Shown: positions 39,861 through 54,400, counted from the stretch's first letter. The stretch is 64,000 bases of DNA from Nemertoderma westbladi (GCA_032718475.1 JAUCBJ010007778.1:8108-72107); one strand, 5' to 3'. Notes: a model not told the origin generated them from the sequence alone. Made by a program: numbers and translations.

Positions 39861-42749
39861 ACAAAGACGGATCTCACTGACATGCCGTACACATGCGTGG
39901 GACCCGATAAGAGTGTGATGGGAGTAACAGCGAAAACATGTTGAGTATGGGAGGAGTATGGGGAGGAGGTGTTAGGGTATGAGGAAGTAAAAAATGTGTG
40001 AAACTCAAGTGTGGGGAGTGAGCATAGAAGGGGATGAGTCCCAAGGGACTAGCGAAAGAGGAAGGGACAACAAAATCCGAGTGGCATTTTATCAATTATA
40101 GTTGGCGAGGTGACATTACCAATAATATTGTCACCTCACAACCAACTAAGGCGATACACGCCGCAAGCCACAGGGAAAGTTGAGAGGTCAAACCATCTCA
40201 GAGGGAGAAAGAGTCTAGCAAGGCTAGCACGTGGGGATAGTGGCAAGAGGGAGTGGCGAGGTGACAATTAATCAGGTTAAGCCAATGATGGGTGGGGAAA
40301 ACACATTGGAAGTGATTAGAGCGCATCTATTGGACAGACCACTCAGTAGAGTAGAGTTGGTTCAATATGTGTTAATAATAATATAACTGTTGCACTTATT
40401 GATTCTGATTCAGTTGGTTTCTATACAGTTGTGAGACGGGAACAGTTTTTAACCATCGTCATTACCGTGCTATTATATTCTGACTGTGCTATTATTATGT
40501 TCTGTGATTACAACGACTGACAGTAAAAACTCAGTTATTTCAACGGCCTTCGGCCTATTATATCCAGACTACAACTTTAGCAGCCCATGGATGCGGCGAC
40601 GCGTATAACACACACACCAGTCACACTGCCAGTCAGTACAGTAGGCCTAGTCAGAATTTTTTCTTAAGTAACCAAGTCTACGATTTGCAAATGATTCTGC
40701 TTGATATTTGCAAGTACGATTTCTTGATATCTAAATAATATCTACCAACAGACCAACGCCGAGTTGTGTTGTCTTTGTTGCTGCCTAGTTTCTCATTGCA
40801 TGCAGAGAGGTATTGGCTATGGGAGAGTGGGGTCATTCCATCATAATCATCCGGCAAAAGCATAATTTGTCACCCATGTCTTCAGAATTGGCCCTTGTAT
40901 TGTTGTGTTGTAGACCATGGCGGATTTAATATGTAAAAGAATTTCCCCAAAGGTACCATGGGATCAAAAGTTACAGTACTTTGAATATCAGGCTCCGCAT
41001 GGCATAAATGTTGCACTATAGGATTTACTCATAAGGCCGAAACCAAAAAATGGGAAAGCCATTGGTCTCAAATTGTGTTAAAAATAACTCTACAGGGGTT
41101 TTCTCAGGTCCTGATACCGAAATGAGGTTAGAAATGCAGATTTATTTGGTCTTATTGATTTTTCAGTGTAAATTTAAGATTAGCGATATATCGCGAATAT
41201 TAATTTTTGATTTAAAAATTCGCCATGTGAGCATTTTCAAGAAACTGACACTTGGATATATAGTTTAATACATATATTGATATATACAGTAACTATATAT
41301 GGGTGCATACAATATTTTGTACCCATGTAGCAGCAGCATTGCCCCCCTACGATGTTTTGTTTTGGATAATCAAGCCAAAGATCGAAAGGATCTGGGTAGA
41401 AGATTAGCCTTTCCTGATGATTGTGGTGCCTGGAGTTCCACTTAGCTGTATATTCTGTTAACAATAAGTACATGGTAAGCAGCACTAACCCACCTTTGTT
41501 GAAGACAATTACTCCGAATCGGCAAGATGATAACTCCATTTTTTATTGCACAGTTGGTGTGGTTAACAGTTAACAAAGAAGTTAAAGTACCCATCTATCC
41601 ACAGCCTGAAAAATATCAGATTGTTGATGTTCATAGATATTATGTAAAAAAAATGAAGAGAGAGGAGAAAACTATAAGAAAAGGTTGTAATTTTTTCCAA
41701 TCAGAGATAATGTTTGTTTAATTGAGTATATTGGTATATATCTTTCTATTACTCCACCTCCCCATGGCAATGTGAATAATCCTGATGGATAAAACATCCA
41801 TATGAAGGACCGCTCCTGAAACGATTGAGAATATTGATGAAAAGGTGAAGACAATTTCGTCACCACGTAAAGTATACAGTGAGTTGCAAATGATTCATTG
41901 TTAGCCCCTCGAGATTATTGATTAAAATAGGAAAGCATGCCAATATGGTGCACTTTAAATTTTTTTTTAACTTCAGTAATTGTCGAAGTCACCCCATACT
42001 ATGGAGATTTTTATTATACTTATCATTTTATCGAATTCAAGCTTATAAAGGGTTGACTTCAACATTTTTTTATATTTTAAACATCCATGATAATCGCACC
42101 TAAAAACAGTCTATGAGACTTCCAAGACATGTTTTTAAGGGCAATTACCATGGATGGCTATAGTTTATGTTTTATTATTTAATAATTACCAGAGTTTATG
42201 TTATTGCATGGGCATAACTTAAACAATTAGTTCCCACTTGCCATTTATGTGAGTAGTGTCTACATCATTGTCCAGAATAGGGTGTTTCCCTTCACTTCTA
42301 TGGGGCTTTCTATTATTCCTATGTGTCCCAAATACATTGTGTAATGTTTTCCAACCTGTCCAATATAGGGGCATCCAATCAAATCGTCATATGAGCCAAC
42401 TCCTCATCATCGGACCAATACCAACATTCCTAAAGTTAGGCATCTCTCTTATTGGCTATATAATGTAAAGGTTAATGGAAAATTCCACTGATATATAATC
42501 CAAGTGTCAGCTACGAATCCGGGGCTCATTATAACAACCTAAACTGGAAGGAGCAATGTATTTGGGACAAGAGCTGGTTGAGGTATATGTAAATTGTCTT
42601 TTTGGGTAAGTTTTTTTTGGGTAATATTGTGTTTTTTGTGTTTTATTGTGTTTTTGTGTGTTTTTTTGGATAAAGTTTTGTGTTTTTTTGTATTTTTTGT
42701 GTTTTTCTGTGTATTTTTGGGTAATTTGGTGTTTTTTTGGGTAATTCGT

Positions 42750-42985
42750 AGGACCGGTAGAATCGTAGACTGCACCATTTGGTCCATTCAGAATAGCAAT
42801 TCTTGGCTTTGTAACACACCATTGGGGGGAGAAAGATTCCTTTAGCATTGGCACAGAAGAGAACACTGTTATTTGAATTTGTGTGATCAATTGTCCTCTC
42901 TAGCCGACTGCCTGACTGCAGCCACATCTGCAGATTACATTCTTGTTGCCAGGGTTGTCTGCAAAGTTTGTTTCGTCATACTGAC
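42750..42985 (-). mobile_element. pogo/Tigger-like DDE transposase fragment
   Basis: DETNFADNPG...SVLFCANAKGIFLPPMVCYKAKNCYSEW; frameshifted. Confidence 0.6.
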
Positions 42986-45210
42986 ATAGTTACATATAAA
43001 TTTGTTATTATTATTATTATTATTATTAAACACGGTGAAATATTATAAAAATGTTAACACCGGAGAAAAACAACAAGGTACACTTACGGTAAAACCAGGT
43101 ACACTAATAGTTGAATTGAAATCAGAAAAACACGAATGAATAAAATTAGTGACCAATGCATCTTAAGAAAATAAAAACGGACAGTACATACTAAAGAGAG
43201 AAATCAAGCGGAAATTTAAACGGAAATGAAGTAAAAATATTGAAATTATGTATGTAAATACTATAAACAGTACATTAGAGCAGCATATTATTAAAAATTT
43301 ACAAATCTTATAAAAACGTAACAATATGCCATATTAAATTAAAAACGTATACATGAGTTCCAAGTAGTACAGTAGAACAAATGACATTATTACAAATATA
43401 GATATAGAAGGCAGATAACAATTAATAGTATGTAGAAATTATAATAGATATGATAAAAACATAAAGTAGAACAGATAAAAACATATATTATATTTACAGA
43501 TAAAATTACAATAATTACACTAAATTCCGGTTAAACTTACAAAAAGAAAGTAGGTTAATTTCTTTGAGTCTTAGAGGAAATAACAGTTTATTACGGCAAT
43601 TTACAACTTCAGCTGGAAGCGAGTTCCAAATGGGCACCACTCTATGGGAAAAATTATTTTTGCTCATCTGCAAGCGCGACTGTTTATGAAACAGTTTACG
43701 GTCGTGACCTTTCAACCCACCCCTAGGGGCCAAGGTAAAGAAGTCAGCGAAGTTTAGGTCGACTTTGTTGTTCGAAAGAGCGAAGGTCATCTTGAGGTCA
43801 AAAATTATGCGGCGCACTTCCAGGGGTTGAAGTTGTAATACATTAATTCGATTCAAATAGCTTACTGTATAATCCAAATTACAACATTTAAAAAGGCGGC
43901 GCGTAAAATATCTCTGTACCCGCTCAAGTAAGTCTATACAACCTAAATGAAAAGGAGACCATATAGGCGTACAGTACTCTAATAAGGAACGCACATAAGA
44001 TTTAAAAGCCATAATTAATGCAGAATGATTCGAAGTTAAAAAGCAAATGAAAATCAAATTTGTCCTTTTTAGGGCCTTGGCATAGCTTGTTCGCGACAAT
44101 AAACATCGAAATTAAGAGAACTACACATTGTAATACCCAGGTCTCTACAGGAAGTGTCAATCTTTAAACATTTACCACCTAACATGTACTGCGTATCATT
44201 TCGGTCTGCCGAACCGATGTAAAGCACGGTGCACTTATGAGCAGCAATTTTGAGTTGCCATGTATCAGCCCACTTTTCCAAAGCAGATAAAGCTTCAGCG
44301 AGTTGCAAATTATCGGACGAGCGCGCATGCAGCTTTACATCGTCGGCGAACAATTTGCATGATACACTATTACCGATTATATCAGGTAGGTCATTAATAA
44401 ATAACACAAACAATATTGGGCCAAGTACGCTACCTTGAGGGGTACCGGATAGTACATAGCAGACATCGGAAAAACTATTTCCAACAACAACACGTTGGCT
44501 ACGATCAGATAAAAAAGCCGATAACCACAATAGTAAATCTCCAGATATACCATATGCCGATAATTTAGATAATAACTTCCTATGTACAACAGAATCAAAT
44601 GCTTTCGCAAAATCAATATAAATTGTGTCCGTGCTCTGTCGACTATCTAATAAATTGCACCAATCAGTTGTACATTGCAATAATCGAGTACAGGTAGACC
44701 GTTTCTTTAGGAACCCATGTTGCGATTTAGATATGAGTTTATGAGAATATAAATAATCGAGCAATTTGCCCTTTATACACATCTCCATAATTTTGCATGC
44801 AATACAGGTCAAAGAAACAGGTCTGTAATTGTACGGGTCGGCAGCATCCCCCTTCTTATAGATTGGAACAATGAATGCTGTTAACCAAATAGAAGGTAGA
44901 CAATGGCTACTAAACGATATTTGGAAAATGGCCGCTAGAGGAGCTGCCAAGCACCGTGATAATCTAGAGAAGATAATACTGGGGAAGCCATCAGGCGTAC
45001 GACTCGATTTACCTTCAAGGATACGTTTACCGGACTAAAATCAACATGAGACATAGAAATATGATTGGGAACACGCCGCTCAAAATTTGGTGTAGCACTG
45101 TTATCAACGGAAAAGTTTTCTGGGAATACCTTTGATAGAATACGGGCTTTCTCAATATCATCTACCACGGTTGCACCTTTAAATTTAAACAGTGAAACAC
45201 CAGAATTAAG

Positions 45211-45737
45211 TGTGACAGGATCCAGGAAGGATCCCGGTTTATCCGGTGTTAGTTTACGCGTCCCCGCCGTGTGTGAAAGTAAATGAGTTCGTGTCGTTCG
45301 TTGTGTATAATAACTGGTATAAAGATATAGATATAGATATGGATTGTCGTACACGGAAGGCGGGATACGGTAACTAAAGTCCCGGTCCTTCCCTGGCTAA
45401 ACTATCTAACCTAACTAGCACCAATATGATACTGAGATAACTGAATGAAATGATTACTACCAACTGGCTATATTGCACGGTTGGCCTTGTTACTCTACCT
45501 AATCGATGCCTTTCCCCCTCTGATTGGTTGATACCCTTGTTGGCGCCCTTTGGAGTGTTTCCGTTCACTCCACCTGTTCTCTCTGGGTTAGGGGTTTGGC
45601 CCCTGACCCTTATTGTGTGTTTCTCCTTCCCATTCTTATTGGGGTGGCACGAGTGATTGATTACCCAATCTCGTGGCCCCCAATATTGCTTGTCGGCTTA
45701 ACTTTATGGGGTGTTAGCGGGATTGAATAAGCTAACA
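45211..45737 (-). repeat. 3' LTR of the BEL/Pao element
   Basis: Differs from 57037-57564 by about 5 substitutions and 1 indel by eye. Confidence 0.97.
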
Positions 45738-46299
45738 CTCCCCCCCATGCTATCTTCCCAGTAAGAAGATAGCATCAACCAAAAAGTGCGCTGCAATCCC
45801 GCTGGATCCCGATCTAGTATCGGGTGTGGGGTGGAATTCTTTTCTCTCGGAGCCGGCTTTCCAGGCCACTCCCTATGGGCATGATAACGCAACCCTTTAT
45901 GCCTGGCATCTCATGTCGGGCCGATCGCGCTCACCTCTCACGCGACTTTTGTTTCCCCAACACTTTCGCCCTATCTCTTCTCCACTCTCACTCTAACTCT
46001 CTCATACCCTCGGACCTCCTCGTCCCTCACTCAGCCTCTTATTATCCCCCCCCCCCCACACACTAGAATTGCGTCCGCACTCTCTCCGCACTTCGCACTA
46101 TTACTCCGTCCCTCAACCCCACTTTGACTACCTCATCCCTCCTGACGAATCTCCCCCCCCCTCTTGTGCCGTCGCACTCAAGAAGTGTGAATTTGTCTGG
46201 TGTCTCGTCCATAGTGCCATAGTCAGTTTACCCCCCAGTCCCAGTAGCTAATTGAGAAAGGTTGTATGACTATAGTACTTACTCCGAATGTATGTATTT

Positions 46300-47400
46300 G
46301 TAGATTACTAATTACTACGTACGTACATACAAATTGCACTTATATGATTATTTGCATTAATTAAATTTGTACTTAATAGTTCGTACGTCCCACGCGGCGC
46401 CTTCCAGGCGTACCACGTCCAAGCCTCAGTTTCGCTCCCTCGGCTCTGGGAACCTATCTGTTCCTCTGGGGATAGTTCCCCCTGGCGTCCTCTTCCCTGG
46501 GTCGTTTCTTGGTTACCACCGCTCCTCTGGGATCCGCTCTCTGCTTTCGGACCTTCGCCGCCACCTCCCTGCTGATTCCGGTTGTTGGCTCCTTGGGCAC
46601 TGGTGTTATTAGTGCCCGATATCGCTTCGCCGGTGGCCCCTCAGAGTGGCCCTGTTGTCTCCCTCTGGTGGCGTCCCATAGGATCATCTTCATTGCGTCC
46701 CAAGCGATCTCCGCGTTCCGTGGAGTCGCTGGTAGGCGGACTTCTCCACGTTGGTGTCCCTGTCTACGTCGATCTCTCCGCCCCTCTCGGGCATCGTCTC
46801 CCCGAATACTATCCGTGGTGCCGTCCCCGGTTGCTCGCCCAACCTGGTAGTGCTCCCCGCGAAATCCATCGCCGGCTCCTCTTGTACCTAGGCCCGCTTG
46901 CCGGGTCTATCCCAGAAGGCCCTCGCCCCACTGGCCGTCACCACCCTCCCGCCAACCCAGTCCGTGTCCGAGTGGCCAATCCTCTCGATGGGCGGCACCC
47001 CTCCGAACTCGTCGTCGTCTTCCTCCTCTGGCAGTGGCTCCAACCCCGGTATCCCGATGGATCCACTATGTCCCTTCCTGCCTTGGCTCTCGCCCGTAGC
47101 TCTCCATCCCTCTAGCTCCCTTAACTTCCTTGGCGGTTGTTCGCCCTCGGCGCCCGCTGGTATGGGCATCGCTTGCAATCCCGACGTCGACTGTTTCGGT
47201 GATCCCACCGTCCACCCCAGTTCTTTCCCTAGAGACTCCCCCGAACTCCCTGACGAAGCCCAACGAAGTTCGTCTAAGGCTGCTTATTCCTCGAAGCCGT
47301 AACTCTGCGTCCTGGCCTCCTCTTCCCTCTCCTCTGCTTCTATCCTCTCCCGTCTAGTTTGCCTGCCATCTCGAACTCTCCCCGATCGCTCACCCGTAGG
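46300..47400 (-). pseudogene. Extra ORF downstream of pol in the BEL element, internally deleted
   Basis: ORFs 46888-47208 and 46454-46693 align by eye to the 38.1-39.7 kb protein. The zinc-knuckle segment is missing at about 46700. Confidence 0.8.
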
Positions 47401-47794
47401 TGGTGCCTTGCCAAGGCGCAAACGTGATGAGTGATGGGTTTAGGTGGTTTAAGTTCAGTTCGATGGCCTATCTCTTTCTGAATTTCTGAGTTATTGCCTA
47501 TTCTTACTACTGTTACCATAATTTGTTCCCCTTCTTAGCCCTATTCTTATCCTAATTTTATTTTGATTTAATTTCAATCCTACTACCTTACTGTTTCCTA
47601 TTACTTGCTACTGCCTATGGATTATTCTATCTCCTAATCCACATTCTGGCCTACTCTGTGGGCCTGTGCAGTACAGCAGTATATGTCGCGCTGCCTACAC
47701 GATCTATCCAACTGTACTCACATGCCCCCCTCTCGCTACTAACTGCTAACCAATATCTATATCTTATATACCCTTCTACCTCTTACTCTCTCTC

Positions 47795-48315
47795 TAACTA
47801 ACGGTACTACGTACCCTCTAACTCTAACTTTCTCTCTAACTAACGGTACTACGTACCCTCTAACTCTAACTTTCTCTCTAACTAACGGTACTACGTACCC
47901 TCTAACCTCTAACTCTTCTCCAACTAACGGTACTACGTACCCTCTAACCTCTAACTCTTCTCCAACTAACGGTACTACGTACCCTCTAACTCTCTACCTA
48001 ACGGTACTACGTACCCTCTAACTCTCTACCTAACGGTACTACGTACCCTCTAACTCTCTACCTAACGGTACTACGTACCCTCTAACTCTCTACCTAACGG
48101 TACTACATACCCTCTAACTCTCTAACTAACGGTACTACGTACCCTCTAACTCTCTACCTAACGGTACTACGTACCCTCTAACTCTCTAACTAACGGTACT
48201 ACGTACCCTCTAACTCTCTACCTAACGGTACTACGTACCCTCTAACTCTTCTCTAACTAACGGTACTACGTACCTCCTAACTAACTAACTAACGGTACTA
48301 CGTACCCTCTAACTC
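47795..48315. repeat. 15-copy tandem repeat (42-bp then 32-bp period) with palindromic core GGTAC-TAC-GTACC
   Basis: ACGGTACTAC(G/A)TACC at 47801, 47843, 47885, 47927, 47969, 48001, 48033, 48065, 48097, 48129, 48161, 48193, 48225, 48260 and 48292. Confidence 0.95.
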
Positions 48316-48466
48316 TTACTGACTAACTTCTGCCTACTAACTGCGTACCTACTATGTACTATTATTTTATTTTATTTTTAATTTTTGTGTGGGAAGGGCG
48401 TCTCGCCCTCAATCCCACCCCCCTCAGTCCAAATCTTGGACGACTAAACTCTACTCTAACTCCAAG

Positions 48467-51400
48467 TTAAGGTGCTCCTTCTAACAGACAGCATTTTCCT
48501 ACAGCTCTCCTATAGGTTTTCCTGTCCTTCGCACCTATCTTACCACCTATCCGCACTTCTACCGATCGGACTCTTCCGTCCTTGTCGGAGTAAGTGCCTA
48601 CAACTCTCGCCAACCGCCATTGGTTGTTGATGATAGTATCATCCGTAACGATTACGAGATCTCCTACTCTTAACTCCCTATTCGGCTTCCTCCACTTGCT
48701 TCTTTTATGGAGTGTGGGTAGGTATTCTTCTACCCACCTCCTCCAATACTCTGCGCTTATTGCTTTAGCGACTTTCCAACACTGGCGGGAGTGTATGTCA
48801 TCTGGGTCTACACCCCGCATATCGACGGTCGCTGGCCTTTCCATCAGAAAGTGGCTAGGCGTCAGCACGTCTAGTGACTCAGGGTCATCATTCTCCGGAT
48901 ATAGCGGTCTGCTATTAATGATACCCTCACACTTCGCTAGTACTGTTCTCAAGACGTCCTCTGTGACCATGTGGGTGTTCATTAGCTTCGTCATTAGACG
49001 CTTTGAACTGCCCACCAGTCTCTCGACGCATCCTAGTGTATGTGGTGCGTACGGCGTCCTTCTCTCCCACTTTACTTGTCGTCGTCTCATGGCCGCCCTG
49101 ACTTCCTCCCCTTCCAAGATGTCCATGGCTTCTGCCATCTCATTCTCTGCGCCCACAAAGTTGGTGCCGTTGTCGCTGTATATCACTGCGATCGTCCCAC
49201 CTTTGCGGTCTATAAACCTTTCTAAGGCGTTAATGAATGCTGATGCGGTTGCATCTTGGGCGAATTCTATCCCTACCGCCCGCGTGTTGTTACATACGAA
49301 GATGATAACGTAGCGTTTCTCGGTCCGAACGTCCGTCCTTTATCGGCCCGAACATGTCCACACCGCAATGTGTAAATGGCGGGTCGTGCTGTCTTACTCT
49401 ACTTGCTGGTAGTGGCGCCATCTCTTGTATGGCTCGCTTCTTCTTCGCTCGTCGGCAGGTCTGACACTGCCCCACTACCGCTTTTACCTTCTTCCTCAAT
49501 TGTTTGACCCAATAGGTCCTCCTTATTTCTGTGAGGGTTCGGTTGGTGCCCCCATGCAATATCGATTTGTGGGAGTCCCAGATAATCTGGTGGACTACTG
49601 GCGATCCTGTGGGAATGATGATGGGTTTCGGTGGTACGACTATGCTGTTGTTGTATCCCACCCTAGAATTCATTACTAGAATCCCGTCGTCATTGAGTTG
49701 TGGCGACAGCGTAATCAGCTCGCTGTCCCGTCGGAGGTGCTGTTGGTTACCGACGCGTTCCACCTCGTCGCCATAGTTCTTCCGTTGTTCATAGCGGATC
49801 ACTGCCTTGGCCGCTCCTTCCAGATCTATGGTTGTTCTGATCTTCTTGTCCTTGCCAACTCCCGCAAGGAAATTCCCGAAGGCTCTCGAGTACGCCACTA
49901 GTTTCTTGGTCTTATACCAACTAGAACTGTAGCTGAGGAGTTTATCCATCGGGTTATCGCACAGTTCTCGTCTTGGTTGCACGTCCCTAATCTCCCCCAC
50001 CATTTGGGAGTATATATCTTCTCCCTCTGAATCTCCCTCTTCTCCCTCTGACACTACTTCTGAGCCCGGATCCACCTTTCTCATCGGCGGCCAGGCCTCT
50101 TTATCGCTCAGAAATTGTGGCCCATGTTGCCACAATACTTCCTTCTTCAAGAAAGTGTGGCGTACCACGCCCCTCGACAACAAGTCCGCTGGGTTCTCGT
50201 CTGTTGGGCAGTAGTGCCACCTTTCCAGCTCTGTGGTCGCCCTTATTTCGTCCACTCTATTTGCGACGAATATCGGGTATCTCGTCCTTTCGTTATGTAG
50301 CCAACCAAGCACTACCATGGAGTCCGTCCAGTAGTGTGTCTCCACTATGTTGGGAATAGTATCCACTAGGTAGGCTGTGGCTCTAACTCCTAGTCTCGCA
50401 GCTGTTAATTCTAACTTGGGAACTGATGCTGAATCTGGCGGCGTTGACTTTGCTTTGCTAAAGGCTAGTCTGGGTTTATGAGCCCCCTCTCGTTATACTA
50501 AATAGAGTGCCGCTCCGTACGCCTCCAACGACGCATCGGAGAACATGTGTAGGTCCAGATTCGTCATGTTCCCATCCGGGAAATACACTCGTGGCATGTT
50601 GTATGTTCCCATCTTCTCCAAGTCTCCTGTCCACTTACTCCACTGTTTCTTGATTTCCTTTGGTACCTCTACGTCCCATTCATCTTTCAATTTGTATACT
50701 CTCTTAAGTATCTGTTTTCCCGTGACTAATAATGGGGATGCTAGGCCTAGGGGATCGTATATCCTTGCTATATACGATACATAACCCCTCTTCGTGTGGA
50801 TGTCTGCGCCCTCCTGGCTCAGGTGATACTTCAGTTCGTCTGTCTCTCTGTTCCACACGATTCCCAATGCCTTCTGTTGAGATTCTGTTATCTTAATCGC
50901 CATGTCCTGCCCTTTGGCTGTTGTGGGATTATCAATGGTCGATTCTGGTCTCTTGTCCTCTATCGCCTTAATAAATTCTTCCGAACTGGATTGGAATTTG
51001 GTCAGGTTAAAGCCGGATCCTTTTAGGATGTCGCGAACCTCGCACCCTGTGTCCAGTATCTCCTTAACCGTATTTCCAGACTCCATCCCGTCGTCTACGT
51101 AGAAGCCGTGTCGAATCATATCGACAGCCCTAGCGCTGTATCTATCTTCCTTCCCCTTCACTGTGTCTCTGACTGCCATAGTCGTCGTAAATGAAGACGA
51201 CTTGGCCCCCATGTTTTGTACTACCATCTTATATGCCGGTATTATCGACGGTTCTTCCTCGCCGTTATACCATAAGAAGCGTTGACTGTCGCTATCTTCC
51301 TCCGTTACACGGACTTGGTTGGACATGCCTTCTATGTCACACGTGAAGGCGTGTTTCCCATTCCTAAATCTAAGTAGGACCTCTATGCCCGAGTTGTATA

Positions 51401-54400
51401 TGTTTGGGCCTTCTAACAGGTAGTCGTTTAAGCATTTTCCGTTGGTCTTTGCCGATGCGTCAACTACCATCCGCAGTTTACCTTTCTTTGGGTCTAAAGC
51501 CACGTGGAGTGGCAGGTAATATGTCCTGTCCGTGTTCGGTTCGTCGACCGGTAACTCCACGGCCCATCCTTTCTCGACGTACTTCTTAATCGTTCTGTGG
51601 ATGTACTCATTCTTCTCGGGGCTCCGTTTTAGTGTTTGTTTCAGCTTGCGGAGTCTCGTGAGTACCATCCCTCTATTGTCGGGCAGCGGTATCTTCGGTA
51701 GTTTCCATACCATTCCTATAGTATACCGCCCCTCATCGCATGTCATCGATTCCTCCACGCTTTGTAAAGCCTGCTTGTCTTCTACCGAGGTCCCGACCCT
51801 GGTTTCTTTCAGTCCCTCGAAATCTTGTCTGAGCAGTCTTTTAAGCTGCTCCTCTGCTCCCTTATCACCCATTTCCTGCATTGTTCCCGCGAACATGCAT
51901 CCTGATGTCTCCGACATCCTAAATGGTATCTTACTCTTGATTGGACCACTCAGCGTCCACCCGAATGGTGTTAATATCGCCACCGGGTCACACTGCTTGT
52001 CTTCGCCGAAGACCGTTTGCATTCTTTCGTGGGCCGTTGGGCAATCCATTCCTACTATGATGGATACCTTCCTAACGTCCACGTCTGGGATTGAGAAGTC
52101 TGTCGTCAGGAATTTATATTGCTCGACCTCGATGTTGGTTGGCCGCCTGGCATTGATATTAATTGACTCTACCACTTGGATGGGGTCGATGGTTGCCCCA
52201 TAGTCGCATCCCGGTGCCACTGCTGCAATTGCGCACCGTCCTGTTCTCATCTCCAGGATCTCATCTTTGCTAGAGATGGTTGTCACCGCCATTCTGCTTG
52301 GCCTCGTTCTCAATCCTATCTCTTCGGCCACCCATTCCTCGACTAATGTGAAGGCAGCTCCACTATCAACCAGCATTAGTGTTGTTACTGATCGATTGCC
52401 TTCCCCAATCACTCGCACGGGTACTACTCCAAGTAACACCGTTCCTCTCTTCTTCGCCCCTACTGTGCTCGTCGCCATCGTCTGGCCTCTCCTCTGACCA
52501 AACTTTACCGGCTTCTCCTCGCACTCCCTTGCTCTATGTCCACTCATTACACATCGCGAGCATATTTTATTGCTCAACGCATAATCTATCTGATCTTGCC
52601 TAGGTAGCGCCTGCCAGTACCTGCAGTTCATGGTCTGATGAAGCGCATTTGCGTGTAGCTGGCATTTGCTCTTTGGGTCGTAGCCCTCTTTATACAGTGC
52701 ATTGCGTATCGCAGCTGCGTTTGTACCAAAGTCCCTACTATTCTTATTGTTTGGATTCGGCCTACTGGACGTACTGGGGTTATATTTATTCGTGTTGTTA
52801 TTGTTCCCCTGTCCGTTCCATGGTGTTGTCCTATCTTCGGCTAGCTGTGGACTTGCAGTCCCCTGCGTCGCTGCATATGGCAGTGATTGCCTGAGCCTCG
52901 GTAATGCGTTTGATGTATTGTGCTCTGGTTTCGGTCTATGGTAATCCGTCTTCGGTCCCTTTCCCAGGCTATCTTCGCTATAGACTGGGTCAGTTATTAG
53001 TTCAGCCTCGTAGTTTAAGAAGTTTGACATTTCTTCTAAACCCGGTTCCGCACCCTTCTTGTCTCGAGTGGAGAAAGCAATTTTCCTCCATTTGTTGCGC
53101 AGCCAGTTTGGTAGTGCCTGCACTATTGTGGTGATGTTGTTGGACGCGTTGAGCTCGTATGGCGCGTCTAGCGTCTTCAGCACGATTAGCGCCTTTTCGA
53201 CTTTGTTAGCGAACGTCTTAATGCTAACGGGATTATCCTGTAGGCCACCCGATGTTATGCCTCTCAGCGTCTGCCTGATGATCTTGGCCGGGTGCCCGTA
53301 TTCCCTATCCGGTGCCCGCCATGCTGTCGTGAAGCCGCCCTCTATTCCTTGATATTGCCTCACGATATCGTATGCTGGGCCTCCCGTGTATACTTGCAGA
53401 TACTTTAGGCACTCCGCCTGCATCAAGTTTTTTGTTAGTATTTCGTTACTATACATGCGCCGAAACTGTAGATATTCTTCCGGCCTACTCCCATCGAATT
53501 TGAATGGTTCCACGGGTGGTAACTCGATCCTCGTTTTTAACGCATCGATCAACGTGGCCATCCCCATCGCCTGCGCTTCCAATGGATTCGATGGATGCTG
53601 TATGGTTTCTCCTGTCTGGTGCGGTCCGTCCGTCCTATTTCTTGACTTTCTTTGACTTGGGTATGTCATCAGGGGTAGCGGCCCCCTCCATATTTCTGTG
53701 TCACACGACCTATTTTCATCCAAGGGTCTCGTTGTTCTTGCTCCTATCGGGGTATATTGTTGATATTGTGATGGGGGAATGTCACCCTGTCCCCCCCCCC
53801 CACCGGTATGTTTGGTATTGGGGTTGATGTTAATATATTGGGGCCCATACACCTATCCGCAATAATTCCCCCTCCCCTGGGTATATGTTATGTCCCTGCA
53901 TGCTGTAGTCATACTGCTGAACTGGTACCGGTATAGGCCTATCAGCTTCTGGCCTACTCGCCGGTACGTATTCCGCGACTTCCGGGTTTAATCCCGTTGT
54001 CCGCGCTATCCTATCGCCTATATTGCCTCTCTCAGTATGGCCTATGGTATGTGCAGTAAGGCCTACCGTATGTCCTACAGTCTGCATGTGTCGCTCGGGA
54101 TCGAAGTTTATTCTTCTCGAATAATCCTCCCCGCGGCTACCGTATTCTCGATCGGTAAGTGTATTCCGTCGGAAAGTTTCTCTTCGACCCCCCCCCCCCC
54201 CCCCCCTCTACTGTTCTCGTTTTCGTACCGGTACATCGCGTACCCCTCCATCGGCGCGTAATGCACCTCACCAGGTCGCATCTCTCCGGGGCGACGGCAA
54301 TCTCCCGGAGTCCGACCCCACTGACTCTCTGTTCTCATCTCGACTACCGACGGCTCGCTATCCGTCCTCGTTCTTCTATCGTTCGCGGCGATACTCCTAC

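Noticed and set aside
41300-41870. Possible decayed transposase-like coding sequence (DDCGAW, VHRYY, PHGN peptides)
   Set aside because: Too fragmented to assign a family without a profile search.
42594-42845. Hydrophobic and Lys-rich ORFs
   Set aside because: Translation of a T-rich low-complexity tract.
47795-48315. CRISPR-like look of palindromic repeats
   Set aside because: Linkers are near-identical low-complexity sequence rather than unique spacers; no cas genes; eukaryotic retrotransposon context.
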